Part shown: positions 22,201 to 33,272 of the stretch, in pieces | Layout of the letters: the number at the start of each line of letters is the position of its first letter | How positions within the stretch are numbered: position 1 is the stretch's first letter | Origin: Macrostomum lignano | Lineage: Eukaryota | Assembly: GCA_002269645.1 (NCBI GenBank) | Contig: NIVC01004729.1 | Location: 1-36,905 of the forward strand | Length of the DNA: 36,905 nucleotides | Reading direction: 5' to 3' | Translations under genes and position numbers: made by a program | The notes under the pieces: model-generated | The model's input: the letters and a program-made list of their open reading frames with translations, nothing else | Told to the model about the DNA's origin: nothing | The model's database searches: none

Positions 22201-25200
22201 CCAAGCTGACGGAAGCAGCGCAATTCCCACGCAGCTGCCTTGTCCGGAGTCACGGCTTCAGGCAATGACTCACGCGCCACTCTCTCCAGCAGCATGTAAC
22301 GCCACTCTTCCTGGTTCACACCTTCTGGGGAAACTGCCTCTTCCTCAACGATGTCAGGCTGCGCCAGTCTGCTTTTGATCTAGGCCTTGAGGCAACTGTT
22401 GGCGAATTCCGAAGGGTTCAGAAAAGTTGAATATCCCGGAAGAATGCGGATGGACACAGCGTGCTGCAGATGTTGCGGAATGCGCGCTGCTCGATGGAAA
22501 TGCGGACCGTCCATCACGACAATCCACGAAGCCGCAGCATCAAGACGGTGGCATTCCTCGCTCAGTTCGTCGATGAAGATCTGAAATCTGGCGTTCGTCT
22601 GGCCTCCTCGGAACACCGATGAGTGCACGAGGCCAAACTCAGCGATTATCGCCATGCAAACAGTCACATTTGGTCCGCGCTGCGTTGTGACCCTTCGCCT
22701 GACCTTTTCACCTTTCAGGCTGCGACCCTGTGATCGTCTGGTCCACAAATTGAATCCCGTTTCATCGAGAAACACCAACCGTACTGCAGGGTCCAAATTC
22801 AGCACGAACTCTGCGTACTCTCGCCGAGCCTCAATGTTCTCCTGGCTGTTCGTTCTCGAGCGCACATCCGTGCCCTTGGTGGCCAGCTTAACTGTCTACA
22901 TCAGTCCCTGTAGAGTTCTGTCCACAGTTCTGTACGAGATGTCCAGTTTGTCCGGTAAATTGTTGTTGACCCGCTGTGCCATCTCGCTCAGGGTGAGGAA
23001 CGGGTTGCGGTTCACCTCTGCTTCCAGAAATTCACGAATCTCCTCATCCACCTTGCACCTTGCTTCTTTTCAGCCTCCACGAGGCATACCGTTCATCCTT
23101 CCCTCATTCCTGTACAGCCTCACGATGCGATGAGCAGCTGAACTTGACAGCTGAAGGATTATTGCTGCGTCCTTGACCGGTGTGCCTCGATCTATTGCCT
23201 CGATGAGCCGACGTCTGTCATCTGAACTCACAGGTGGTGCCATCACCAGCAAACTGGAGAGATGGCTGAGAAAGATGGCTGGCTAATGCTTAAATGTGCT
23301 GCCTCGCTAAACTAACCGCGCGTTGCCATTTTGATTGTCCAATTCTCATTTCGATCGTCAAAAGTCTATGGCCTAAGCCGCAGCTGCTGCGAAGCTGAGC
23401 TGAACTGCTGCATGCAGATCTACGGCTGTTTTCATTTTGATTGTCCATTTTCTCATATTGATTGTCAAAACCTATATTAATATGCATATAAGGACAAAAC
23501 AGCCATGCATTGGCTATTCACGTATAACTATTTTAAACAAGAAATCTCTGCTTAGAATTTCTGATTAGAAGCACAAGAAATCGTTTACATTAACAACCTT
23601 GCCGGCGACGCCGATCTCCGACTCCATCATGGTCGGGTCCATGACCACGCTGTCAAACTCAATGGAGCCCTCGAGGCTGGCGGCCCGCTCAGAGTCTGGA
23701 CAGGAACCGTTCAGCGGCAGGTCGGTGAAGATCAGCCCGATTTGAATCCAGAAATATTTTGGCCCGTAGGCGCCCAGGCTCTTGATCTGGGTTTGCGGGG
23801 GTAACGAAATGGCTTTTTAATGAGCTTGGATAATCCTCAAAGCTTCAATTTAAATGCTTGCTTCAGATCATGCATGTAGCATGTTTTCTGTGTGATGAAG
23901 CTTCTATTGATAGCTTCGATATTTTTTTATCCTGTGTTTAGTGAAGCCTAAAAGTTAATTAAAGAATTGCGGGACTAGAAAACTGTAAAATTTTTCGTTT
24001 TTTCTACTGATTTATTTTCTGTCAGTCTCATGTCATTCAGATTGTAACTCATACGGCTTGATTTTTCCACCTGACTGAGCCTGTCTAGTTAGTAAGAGGC
24101 TCTAAATTTAACAATTAGCAGATGCTGTTAAAAATCACGTTAATTAGCATTTGCATCCACATTTGCATTCGCGTTTCAATTTAAATTTGCATCTGCATTT
24201 GCGTCCGCATCAACACACGCGTCCACATCCGCATCCGCATCCGCATCCGCATCCGCATCCGCATCCGCATCCGCATCCGCATCCGCATCCACACCTGCAT
24301 CCACATCTGCATCCTCATCCACATCCACATCCGCATCCATACCCACATCCGCATCCTCATCCATATCCACATCTGCATCCATATCTACATCCGCATCCTC
24401 ATCCACATCCACATCTGCATTCACATCAGCATCCACATCCGCATCCTCATCCACATCTACATCTACATCCACATCCGCATCCTCATCCTCATCCTCATCC
24501 TCATCCACATCCACATCTGCATCCGCATCCGCAGTTTGAGTGCAGTTGAAACATTTCAAAACCTGCATTCCTGCTGGACTTACCACGCACTCTAATCTCT
24601 TGCCGTAGTCTTCGAACGGAGCGATGCGAATCGCTATGAAGATTCGATAGTTGCTCTTCTGCAGTCGATGTCGATTTTTTTACAAAATTTTAAATGTGTA
24701 ATGCAAGGTAAAATTAGGCAGGTGAAAAAGGCAAAAGTAGAAACAAACCAGCAAAGTAGAAATGGACTCCGTGGATCGCCTTTGAATATCATCTTCTGAT
24801 AGGACGTTATATTGTTTCTTTGCAAAGCGTCTTCCAGTTTCCAGGCAATCTGAATACGAGGGTATTGCAAGTTATTATTTTGACTACTAAGAAGTAATGC
24901 GCGCTCGTACAGTATTTTTTATCAATATACTCGTAAAACTAGCCTAGTGCAGGTGCGAATCACTTCTAGCCTATACGATATGTAACATGTTACAAGCGTC
25001 ATAGTCTTACGTGAGTGAACCTACGTGAGTACGAGTAATCTATTGTACAAGACAAGCACATCTCAACTCACCGGATAGACAATCTCGTTGTCAGACGTTA
25101 TCAAGCCGATCTTCTTCCAGCCGAATCGCTTCAACAACTCGATGGTGGGCTGAATGAACAGGCTGTTGGTAATTGGCATACGAATGTAGAACGGGTAGGA

Positions 25201-27585
25201 GGACTTGTCGCTCAGCGCTGGTGAGGTATTCGCGTAGCCAATCTAAAATGGTTTCCGAATGATTTACTTTACATCTTTCTTGAGAGTTTGCGACTAATGG
25301 GGATCTAAAGAGATAAAATTGCACTAGTTTCATGAAAATGAGCCATCATGGTATTTATAGGAAAGGGCAGATGCAGAAGGAATCGAGACCAGTACAGATA
25401 AATTTTTGAAGCAAGAGAAAGTCTAGTGAGTACTCATATCTGCGAGCACCAGAGAAGTTCCACTCAAGTGAATGCTAATCAAGAGTCGTAAATGACAGGA
25501 ATCATTATTGCTAATGCCAGATAATCCGAGCTCTTACCTGTTAGTATATAAACTCTCACTACTGCTTCCAATCGTATTGTCAAAGTTTTTGTCACAAGAA
25601 AATTTTAGATGCTAGATGAGACGATCCTTGAAAAGCAAATCCTATTTGGCTGATAAGTGCTTTCTGCTTCGTTCGATTTTCTTCTTTATCCGCTCACTAC
25701 TATTGCCGATTGCACCGATCCGGGCATTGAAATGTGACCATTGAATTTTACTTGCATATCTACGAGCTATCAGGGTTGTCTATTTAAAAATATACAAGAC
25801 CTAAGTTTGTTTCTCTGACTTCCTGACAGGATGCTTAGCACTTACTTGTCACATATTTGAGATAGATGGCCAGTGAAATAATAGTAATAGCTAATAATAA
25901 TAATAATAAAATTAATAATAATAACAGAAATAATATTAATAATAATAGTAATAATAATAACAATAATAATAATAATTCACTACACCTGCCCTAATGGCGA
26001 CGCATCTGAAGCCTGCGTACGGCTGTTCAGTCTAAGGACTGGGGGGGGGGTCGCCGCACACACCCTCGGCCTCAATTACCCCAGCTAATACTGGCACCCA
26101 TTTTACAGCTTAGTGAACTGAAGCAATGCAGAGTTAAGTGTCGTGCTTATAAGGACACAAACTGTTCCGAGTGGGATCGGGAATGGAACCCTCGACCTTC
26201 AAGTCGTGAGTCCGATGCTCTAACCCCTAGGCTACAGCCCCTGTGAAAACAATCGACTGAATTGATGGTAGCTAGCGAGAATTTATTTGCCTTGAGTAAA
26301 ATGATTCGCTTCTGGATTCAAAGAAATCTTCTCGAGCAGGGCTAATGCTGATGAATGTGACATCAAAGGGGAAATTCCGCATTGAAATTCTAGCCCATGC
26401 CTGTGCGACTGCAATTAGACTGCGATATCTATAGCTGGCAATCGAGGAGGCAATCTAGCTGGTATATATATCATAATTTGAATGAGGCTGTGATCTTAAC
26501 AGCATATTCTCTTGAATCTTGACCGAATGAGAAATTTATGAGCCACATGCAGCATCTCTGCGGTATGAGCTGTTGAGGACGTGAGAGTGATCGAGATGAG
26601 AGTGGAGAGGGTGAAAGCTGGAAAACGGTAGCAATGTTGTGAATACAAAAAAGTAAGCTGACAAACGTTTTCATTATCATGGCAAGCTCGTCGCAAATTT
26701 CACAGCTCAATTAGACTCACCTGTGGCAGGTAATAGTACTTGGCAATGTCTGCAACAATCTGCGACTGCTGCGAGAATGCTGCACCCAGAATTAGGGCTT
26801 TGTTTGGCGGCTGCAGGTATCCGTCTATGAATGCCTTGGCGGCGCTGCCAGTGGCCTCCTGTGCGCAGGTATTTAAAGCAGAAAAGAACAGAAGGTGAAA
26901 ACAGGAAAATATTTTTCTGCTAGAAAACAGGCAGAGTTCCTGCAAAATGTATTTTGTAGGTTGCCGTAGTTCCCAATTACCCTTTTTAGACTCTTTCTTC
27001 ATAAACCTTCGTTTCTGTATTTGTATTTCCTAAATATTTTAATTTTAGAACTATAAGAACTGAACAGCTCTTAAAGATGAAATAAATTAAACCTCTCAGG
27101 GGAGTTTTGGGCAACTTGGGCAACGCCTTTGGCGATATCGGCCTACACTGATGCAATTCTACTCATTCCGCTGACTCCTATCCGTAGGTACGCACTCATA
27201 CAGCAGCTTTGTAGCCCTAAATTTCAAACTGTCTGGCGCGTACACCTTCTGTGCTTTTAGGAGCACGGAGTCAAACCAGGGGTCGCGGCGTGAGAGGCTC
27301 TGCCCCTCAATCAGTTTTGTTATCGTGGAATGCTATGCACGCGCGGTAGGAACCAAAGCTTACCGACAAAGCCAGTTTGGTAGTACAACTGAGTTGAAAT
27401 CCGGGAAACAGGTGACTGAGATTGTTGTTGATGTAAGAAAAAGAGAAGTTGAAATAGGCGGAGTCGGTGGCGAAACTCGAGGATGTGGAGCTGATGCAGA
27501 GAAGATGCACAATCTGCCTGTCGTCAGATGCTCCGCCAGCTGCTGCCAGGAGCAGCAGAATTAGCAGAGTTACCTGCTTGAGCAT
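10220..27585 (-). CDS. GABA-B-receptor-like class C GPCR (signal peptide + Venus flytrap + 7TM, short C-tail), 14 exons, about 739 aa; one apparent -1 frameshift in exon 4
   Basis: Exons with GT/AG boundaries and compatible phases (minus): 27364-27585 ([18 protein letters not shown] signal peptide), 26721-26858 ([14 protein letters not shown]), 25072-25242 ([13 protein letters not shown]...FGWKKIG), 24749-24849, 24584-24658 (KSNYRIF), 23598-23786 ([11 protein letters not shown]), 14330-14566 ([14 protein letters not shown]), 13634-13697 ([11 protein letters not shown]), 13304-13381, 12550-12932 ([27 protein letters not shown]), 11189-11311, 11016-11097, 10687-10925 ([15 protein letters not shown]), 10220-10336 (stop). 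Sum 2219 nt, 1 nt short of 740 codons. No cysteine-rich domain between VFT and TM, as in the GABA-B family. Confidence 0.9.
11520..11778 (-). mobile_element. Diverged SINE related to the 28010 copy
   Basis: tRNA-like head (GGGGTAAAGCAGCGGTT...GTTCGATTCC on minus); shares GTGCAATT, ACATGCCTAACGAT and CGGAATGGGCA with the 28010 SINE body. Confidence 0.6.
15100..15399 (+). repeat. 5' LTR of BEL/Pao element
   Basis: TGTTCTGGAG...GCAACCA, direct repeat of 21585-21884. Confidence 0.97.
15403..15420 (+). promoter_or_regulatory. Primer-binding site, initiator tRNA-Met type
   Basis: TGGTAGCAGAGCGTGGTT, 3 nt after the LTR; complementary to the metazoan tRNA-iMet 3' end (...CTCTGCTACCA). Confidence 0.8.
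15415..20970 (+). pseudogene. BEL/Pao gag-pol polyprotein, disrupted (2 in-frame stops, 3 frameshifts)
   Basis: Three Zn-knuckle-like motifs ([38 protein letters not shown]); protease ALLDDAS; [10 protein letters not shown] and YMDD; RNase [14 protein letters not shown]; integrase HHCC plus SLDFGG / YSDNGTNF / GVHES. Stops TAA 17967-17969 and TGA 18819-18821; frameshifts near 17350, 19548 and 20300. Confidence 0.93.
21585..21884 (+). repeat. 3' LTR of BEL/Pao element
   Basis: Copy of 15100-15399, preceded by AAGGTGGGGGGTA (PPT) and followed by TSD GGCGT. Confidence 0.97.
21907..23474 (-). mobile_element. IS630/Tc1-mariner-superfamily DNA transposon, decayed
   Basis: About 150-bp TIRs (21909-22060 / 23322-23472), flanked by TA at 21905-21906 and 23475-23476; encloses a transposase reading frame. 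Confidence 0.92.
22173..23243 (-). pseudogene. DDE transposase (IS630/Tc1-like), about 356 codons, three in-frame stops
   Basis: N-terminal HTH-like [20 protein letters not shown]; catalytic motifs [22 protein letters not shown]. One continuous frame interrupted by stops at 23070, about 22900 and 22380. Confidence 0.9.
24190..24535. repeat. (GCATCC)n / (ACATCC)n degenerate hexamer microsatellite, intron 5
   Basis: Directly visible. Confidence 0.95.
25881..26241 (-). mobile_element. tRNA-headed CORE/MIR-like SINE with (TTA)n tail
   Basis: Minus strand: GTAGCCTAGGGGTTAGAGC...GGTTCCATTCC head; CORE-like GTGTCCTT...ACACTTAACTCT...CTGTAAAATGGG; (TAA)n tract at about 25881-25975. Confidence 0.7.
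27120..27310 (-). mobile_element. Degraded SINE copy in intron 1
   Basis: GGAGTCAGCGGAATG (27164-27178, minus) is identical to 28276-28290; degenerate B-box-like GGTTTGACTCC. Confidence 0.45.
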
Positions 27586-28009
27586 GACGCCGCAGCTCGT
27601 CGACTTCAAGGTTAGCAACACGGCAGCCGGAGCAATGGAGTTGCCTTATAGCTCTCGATCTATGTATGCTAGCTCTTTATGGGGTTGTCGGCGCTCCCTT
27701 ATTGGCCAGCTGGCTTTTAATACGGGCTGGATACGCTTCCTTTTGATGCAGCTCTTTTCATGTCTTCCTTGATTGCTACTCATTTTGATATCCGCGGCTC
27801 TTTGTCGGATATTGCGTGCGAATTAAATTGGTTTTGCTGAGAAAGTACTGACTTATTTGTTAGTAGCTATGTCGCAGGGCCGCATTTATATGATAGAATT
27901 CCCACTGGTTCAGCATGTTCATTACCAGAACTGCAAGTTAATTAAATTTTTCGGCGGATGGTTGTTCTACACATGCATGCAGCTGAACTGACTGCTTGCC
28001 CACCTGTGA

Positions 28010-28383
28010 AGGGGGCCGTAGCCCAGCGGTAGCGCAGCTGCTCTGGTGTGCCGGCGACCAAGGCTCGATTCCAAGTGCAGTCACATTAATTTGGGGCTGA
28101 ATTGGAATCTCGGCTTGGCTCTGCTCGTGCAATTAACGGCCTTGAGAGCGAACCCCCAAGGCGCAGTGAAGTGTACATGCCTAACGATAATATAAAGTTA
28201 CATGTAGGGCCGCTGTACACTCCTGTGTGAGTGTGTGCCTGCGTACGTATCCGCGCGCTTGTATGCCTGCTCAGGGGAGTCAGCGGAATGGGCAGTAATA
28301 GTAATGCCTCTCGCCGGTTGTGTGTTGATGTCGCTTAAAGTGCGCCAGGGTGCACACAACCCCCTGCCTCTAGTAAAAAAAAA
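28010..28383 (+). mobile_element. tRNA-derived SINE with A-tail and 14-bp TSD
   Basis: Head with A-box (GTAGCCCAGCGGT) and B-box (GGCTCGATTCC); A9 tail at 28375-28383; TSD TTGCCCACCTGTGA at 27996-28009 and 28384-28397. Confidence 0.85.
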
Positions 28384-29267
28384 TTGCCCACCTGTGAGGG
28401 AGTGGTCAATTTATAGATAGGTAGCAGCTCTGATCTGAGCTACAGAAATACAGGATGCGAGTAATGGAAGCAAGTACACAAAACATTTACCGCACAAATG
28501 CAGCGGGTCAGGCGTATTTCTTTATTCTGATGATACGCGACAAAACCTTTTGTAAGCAAGCTTCTTAGTCAGAACGCTCTGTTCCAAACTGAGAACAATT
28601 GCTGGACTTATAAAAAGTATTAAATACCTGAGTGGCGGCTTAGCTCGTGAGTTTTCATTGATGCAATCGACAATTGCATCGTTTTCACCTGTTTAGCTGG
28701 TATTTCAAAGAGCTAAGCCTAGTGTATGTATTGTAGGTGTATAGAAATTCGCATCTCTGCTCCACAGGCCTTTCATTGCTGATGTTCTTTCAGCCTTTAA
28801 TGAAGTTCCTTCCAGTTTGTTCAACAGCGCCAGCTCCAACAGGTTTGAAGTTCGAGTTTGGGTTCAGAACCAACAGTCGACAATACGGACGAAACGCTTC
28901 TCGTGCTCTAGTACAGGTGAAATAAAACTGAAAATCATGTATCTCGCTAAAGCATTATGAAGCTTAAAAAAATTCCATAGCACAGCAGACGAGATCAGAA
29001 CCGGAAGGCAACTCCAGTGCCTTTCGTGTTGATTCTAGCGTGCTCAAGTTTCACTACCAAACAAGTGAACAGATGCGCCCTACTCAGATGAGCAGCGAGT
29101 CCTGCATTGTGCGAGTCACTTGTTCAACAAAATTTAGCAAAGTTCTATTTAAGCTTTTCTAGGCTATTGAGCCCTTTAATTGAAATACCTCCTGGTCTAA
29201 AAATGAAATGGCTGAGTCATTTTTTAAATTGCATTTGACTCAGCCCACCAAGCGCATGGTGAGAGAT

Positions 29268-29403
29268 GATCAGGAGAGGGTAGGTCAGAGGAAAAGGGCG
29301 GATCAGGAGAGGGTAGGTCAGAGGAAAGGGGCGGATCAGGAGAGGGTAGGTCAGAGGAAAGGGGCGGATCAGGAGAGGGTAGGTAGAGGAAAGGAGCGGA
29401 TCA
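29268..29403. repeat. 33-bp minisatellite, about 4 copies
   Basis: Unit GATCAGGAGAGGGTAGGTCAGAGGAAAGGGGCG. Confidence 0.9.
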
Positions 29404-30399
29404 TGAAAAAGAGGTCAGATAATAGGATTAAATATTTAAATTATCTACTAGAGCCGATTTGAAAGAGTCCAATGAAATTCAACAGCCGGTACGTGCATCG
29501 TGAATACTGTTGGTTCAAATAAAAAGCCAAAAAGTGAACACTGAAACGATTTGACTAAGAAAAGCAGAAAGCAAGAATGTGTTGTATTTTTATTAACTGT
29601 TAGTACGTACTTAAACAACAAACGCTACTTGAAAAAAAACATTTGTTGCCATTTGCTGTTTTGTGCATTGACTAAACTGACAGATCTTAACACGCTATAG
29701 ATGGGTACGGTCAATGATACTTTAGAGAGGTTTTGCTTTTCAAGACGTAGAATTTTATACGCTCCGCTCGTAGTTGGTTAGACAGCAGATGAAAGTGATC
29801 AACTAAAAGCATGACAGTGCAATTCGAGACATGGCAACCACTGTCGGTGCTACATTAGAACTACGTTAACAGACTATCGATTAGTTCTCGAATTGCACTA
29901 TTGCACTGTAGAGTGATGTTTTCGGATATGATGATAATATAATTTAAGAATCATAATGAATCAAGACTTGGGCTGAATACTGTTTTCTATACATAATAGA
30001 CAACAGTTATTCGTAATGTTACGTTTCGTTTTTTTCTTTGGTTTTTTAAACGCAAACGCAATGAATTTATGGTAAAAACAGTTGCTCCACAGCATTGCCA
30101 GTAAGCTTGATCTACGAGCTACGTGACAATAAATTACACGAGTGGCCCATCAGCGTGGTTTTACGCAGCATTGCAATTTTGTCATGCTAAGTTGAAAAAC
30201 GGAATCCAATGTTGAAAGGCTAATTCAATACTCGAAGACTTACTTGTCTCTCAGCCAGACATCTGCGGCTGTCTATGGTCCAACCCATCTTTATTCTGCA
30301 GGATTTCAACTTTGGGTGCCCGTTTTCTAACTTATAGCTTGACAAAAGCTACAATGTCTGTGCTGTATGTCTGTGCTATAATGACATTTAACGCCCGAT

Positions 30400-30843
30400 T
30401 GTCATTGTTTAACAAGTTGACGATCAAAATTCACATTTTTAATGCAGAACAATCCATTACTACAAACAATGCATTGTATGTAGGATCGTCAAATAAAAAA
30501 ACAATGCAAAGAATCAGCGGTCGCAGCACGTGACAACGATTTGTCTATGGCTCGCGCCTACCGAGCGCAAGCCCTGACAATTTATCCATTGTCAAACTTA
30601 CTTTAATGCAAATTAGCGGGCAGTTAATGGATAAATAATCAGCGGTCCCAGTGCGTGATAACGATTGTCTGGCGAGCGCCGGTAGGCGCGAGCCATAGAC
30701 AAATCGTTGTCACGTGCTGCGACCGCTGATTCTTTGCATTGTTTTTCTGTTTGACGATCCTACAGACAATGCATTGTTTGTAGTAGTGGATTGTTCTGCA
30801 TTAAAAATGTGAATAATGATCGTCAAATTGCTAAACAATGACA
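30400..30843. mobile_element. MITE-like palindrome, about 165-bp arms
   Basis: 30400-30568 inverted to about 30676-30843; flanked by direct repeat TTTAACGCCCGAT (30387-30399, 30844-30856). Confidence 0.7.
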
Positions 30844-30906
30844 TTTAACGCCCGATTTTTCTGTCCCCCTTTGTCAAGGACACAAATGTCTATGGCACAA
30901 TAATAG

Positions 30907-31009
30907 TAATACCCATGCTTTAAGGGCGTTAATGAGGAATCCTCGGGCGCCTAACGGCCTAACGGCGCCCTCTGATTTTCCCAATAACGCCCTTAAAGCA
31001 TGGGTATTA
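30907..31009. mobile_element. Small MITE with TA ends
   Basis: Perfect 25-bp inverted repeat TAATACCCATGCTTTAAGGGCGTTA at 30907-30931 / 30985-31009. Confidence 0.7.
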
Positions 31010-31064
31010 ATGTACTATTGTGTATAACAAACTGATGGATGAAAAAGAATAGTTATAAAAAATA

Positions 31065-31648
31065 TAGTACTTTGCAAGCTAGTAGAGACTACGAGCAAGC
31101 AATTTAATCCAAGATAGCAAAAACACATGCATTTTGAGCCTCACTGCTAGTTGTCTATGGTGAAAAGTGTGTCAAACCGGCAGGCAATTCAATCCGTGGA
31201 GCACTCATTTAAGCACTGAAATCCATAAACAGCGCTGTCTATGCCGTTCCACTCTCAGTTTTTCAACATGTCAGACGAAAGTGACCAAGCCAGCACCATT
31301 TTTGAAGACATCGACAGAATCGCTGCCGAAGATGCCGGAGCGCCACCTGTGCAGTATGCTAAGATTAGCGACGAAAAGCATAGAATGATAATCGACGCTA
31401 TCGACGGAGGGGATAACAACAGAAGCATTGCCAACTTGGCACGCAGGCAAGAATTCGCACAGGCTGTATCGCTGGGGAGGTGATTATGTAACTCCTCCTT
31501 GTAGGTGAGTGCTCCAAGGATTGAAGTGCCTGCCGGTTTGACACACTTTTTACCATAGACAACTAGCAGTGAGGCTCAAAATGCATGTGTTTTTGCTATC
31601 TTGAATTAAATTGCTTGCTCGTAGTCTCTACTAGCTTGCAAAATGCTA
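31065..31648 (+). mobile_element. Internally deleted IS630/Tc1-like element (non-autonomous)
   Basis: About 140-bp TIRs (about 31065-31208 / 31505-31648) with TA flanks. Internal ORF 31268-31483 has APPVQYAKISDEKHRMIIDAIDGG, resembling the N-terminus of the transposase at 23243. Confidence 0.75.
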
Positions 31649-31805
31649 TATTTACGCATAAGAAATATTCGTTCTGGGTGTGACGCATGATATTTGCAGC
31701 TACGGTATGGAATTTGCCACTGACACAACAATTAGCGAACTACGCTTATTCATTGAAGTGTTTCTAACAATCAGTCGATTCTAAAATTATGTACTCAAAA
31801 AGTAA

Positions 31806-32174
31806 TAGGCCGTATCAAACTCTGAGTAAAAGGAACAGTTCGAACTCGAGTAAAAACCCTTTAGTTTGAGCAAAACTCAAGATCGGTTTGATTGAATAAA
31901 GAATTGGTTCAAACTCGGAGCTGTTAATCAACAATCTGAGCGGCTGAATCAATCGTGATTTGAGTTATGACATAGACATAGCATAGCCAGAGTCAGCCAG
32001 AGTCATAAACATTCAGTGCTGGCTCCATGCCAATTCTCTTAACAATTTGCCTGGCCTTATGAGGTAAAAGTGAAAACTCGTTTCCACTCCAGAGTGCTAA
32101 TTATAGAACTCCTTGATGCAGACAAGAGTTTCTATTCGAGTTTGAGCAACTGGTCACTTTATTTATACGACCTA
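31806..32174. mobile_element. Possible degenerate MITE
   Basis: TAGGCCGTATC... / ...ATACGACCTA ends; internal repeated AAACTCG/CGAGTTT motifs. Confidence 0.3.
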
Positions 32175-33272
32175 GTAGAGTTGGAGGGTATTTAGAACAG
32201 TCACCATGTAGAGAAAACAACATCTAAATTGCAGTGCAGGCGCGAATTTTGATAAATAAAATATTAAATAATAGTGCAAATCTACCACTAATACTACTAT
32301 ACCAGTATAGCAGTAATATTCGACTTTAACTTTGTAAGCTTGCGTTGGTTTTTTATCAACTTCCTTGAAAACTTGATTAAGCTTTAGTAGTGGTACTTCG
32401 TGCTCAATGCTACTTTGATCAAAGCGTGCTTATAAAATATAAAAATAGTTAGCAAACGCTGTTTGCAGTGCTTGAAACCAACATGAGTCCTTCTCAATGT
32501 TTTTCTCTGGCTCTATTAAGTGGTAATTTTGGTCTTAATTTTCTGTTTTTCTCAAGCCACTGCGGCTAGCCATCTCGTTTTTTTAGTAACACCATGAGCC
32601 TAGCAACTTTCACTCGAACTCTGTATTCTCCATCTCTCTCCCTATTCATTCGCGGTTATTAATTGATTTGGTGGTCAACTCTCGCCCATTCTCTCGCCAG
32701 CTCTGTCTGTCTTGCCTCTCCCTCTCTCCCTTTCTCCCCCTCTCCCCTTTCTCCCTCTCCCTCCCTCTATCCTTCCACAGGTACTAGAATAACTAGATGG
32801 GCCACTCAGCACGTTTGCGTGTAAGCTACTTTCAGTTCAGTAGTAAGTTAAACTGAAGCATTTTAATGTATTTTTAAAGCCAAGGCTCATTTATTAGCTT
32901 TACCCCCAGCTTAAAGCATCTAACCGCGCCTTTCCGCACTACCCCTCCCCCGCCCCGCCCCAATTTTATTGCCTTTCTCGGAATTCCAGCCTAAAGCTGC
33001 CATGTACATTTCAGTGGACTGGCTAATGTACATTATTGCTGACCAATTAGCAAGTTGTTTACGCCTGCAAGCTTGGGCTTCTAAACTTATCAAAGCCATT
33101 TCAGCTGCCTTTATTTTTATAAAATAGCTTATGTATTCTTCTTTGCTACTGAACTGTAAGTAGAAAGCTGTTTTACTAAGTATATGTGCCTGAATGGCCC
33201 ATCCAGTTATTCCCAGTATCTGTGATCCTTCTGTCCTCTCTCCCCCCTCTCTCTCAGCCGGACCGGGCAGGC

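Noticed and set aside
22654-23133. 159-aa plus-strand ORF
   Set aside because: Antisense shadow of the transposase.
24151-24549. His/Pro-rich and Met/Arg-rich ORFs
   Set aside because: Translations of the hexamer microsatellite.
28012-28084. Possible tRNA gene
   Set aside because: The acceptor stem does not pair; it is the head of a SINE with tail and TSD.
28560-29130. Fragmentary minus-strand peptide-like frames
   Set aside because: Interrupted by stops, with no recognisable motif or consistent splice pattern.
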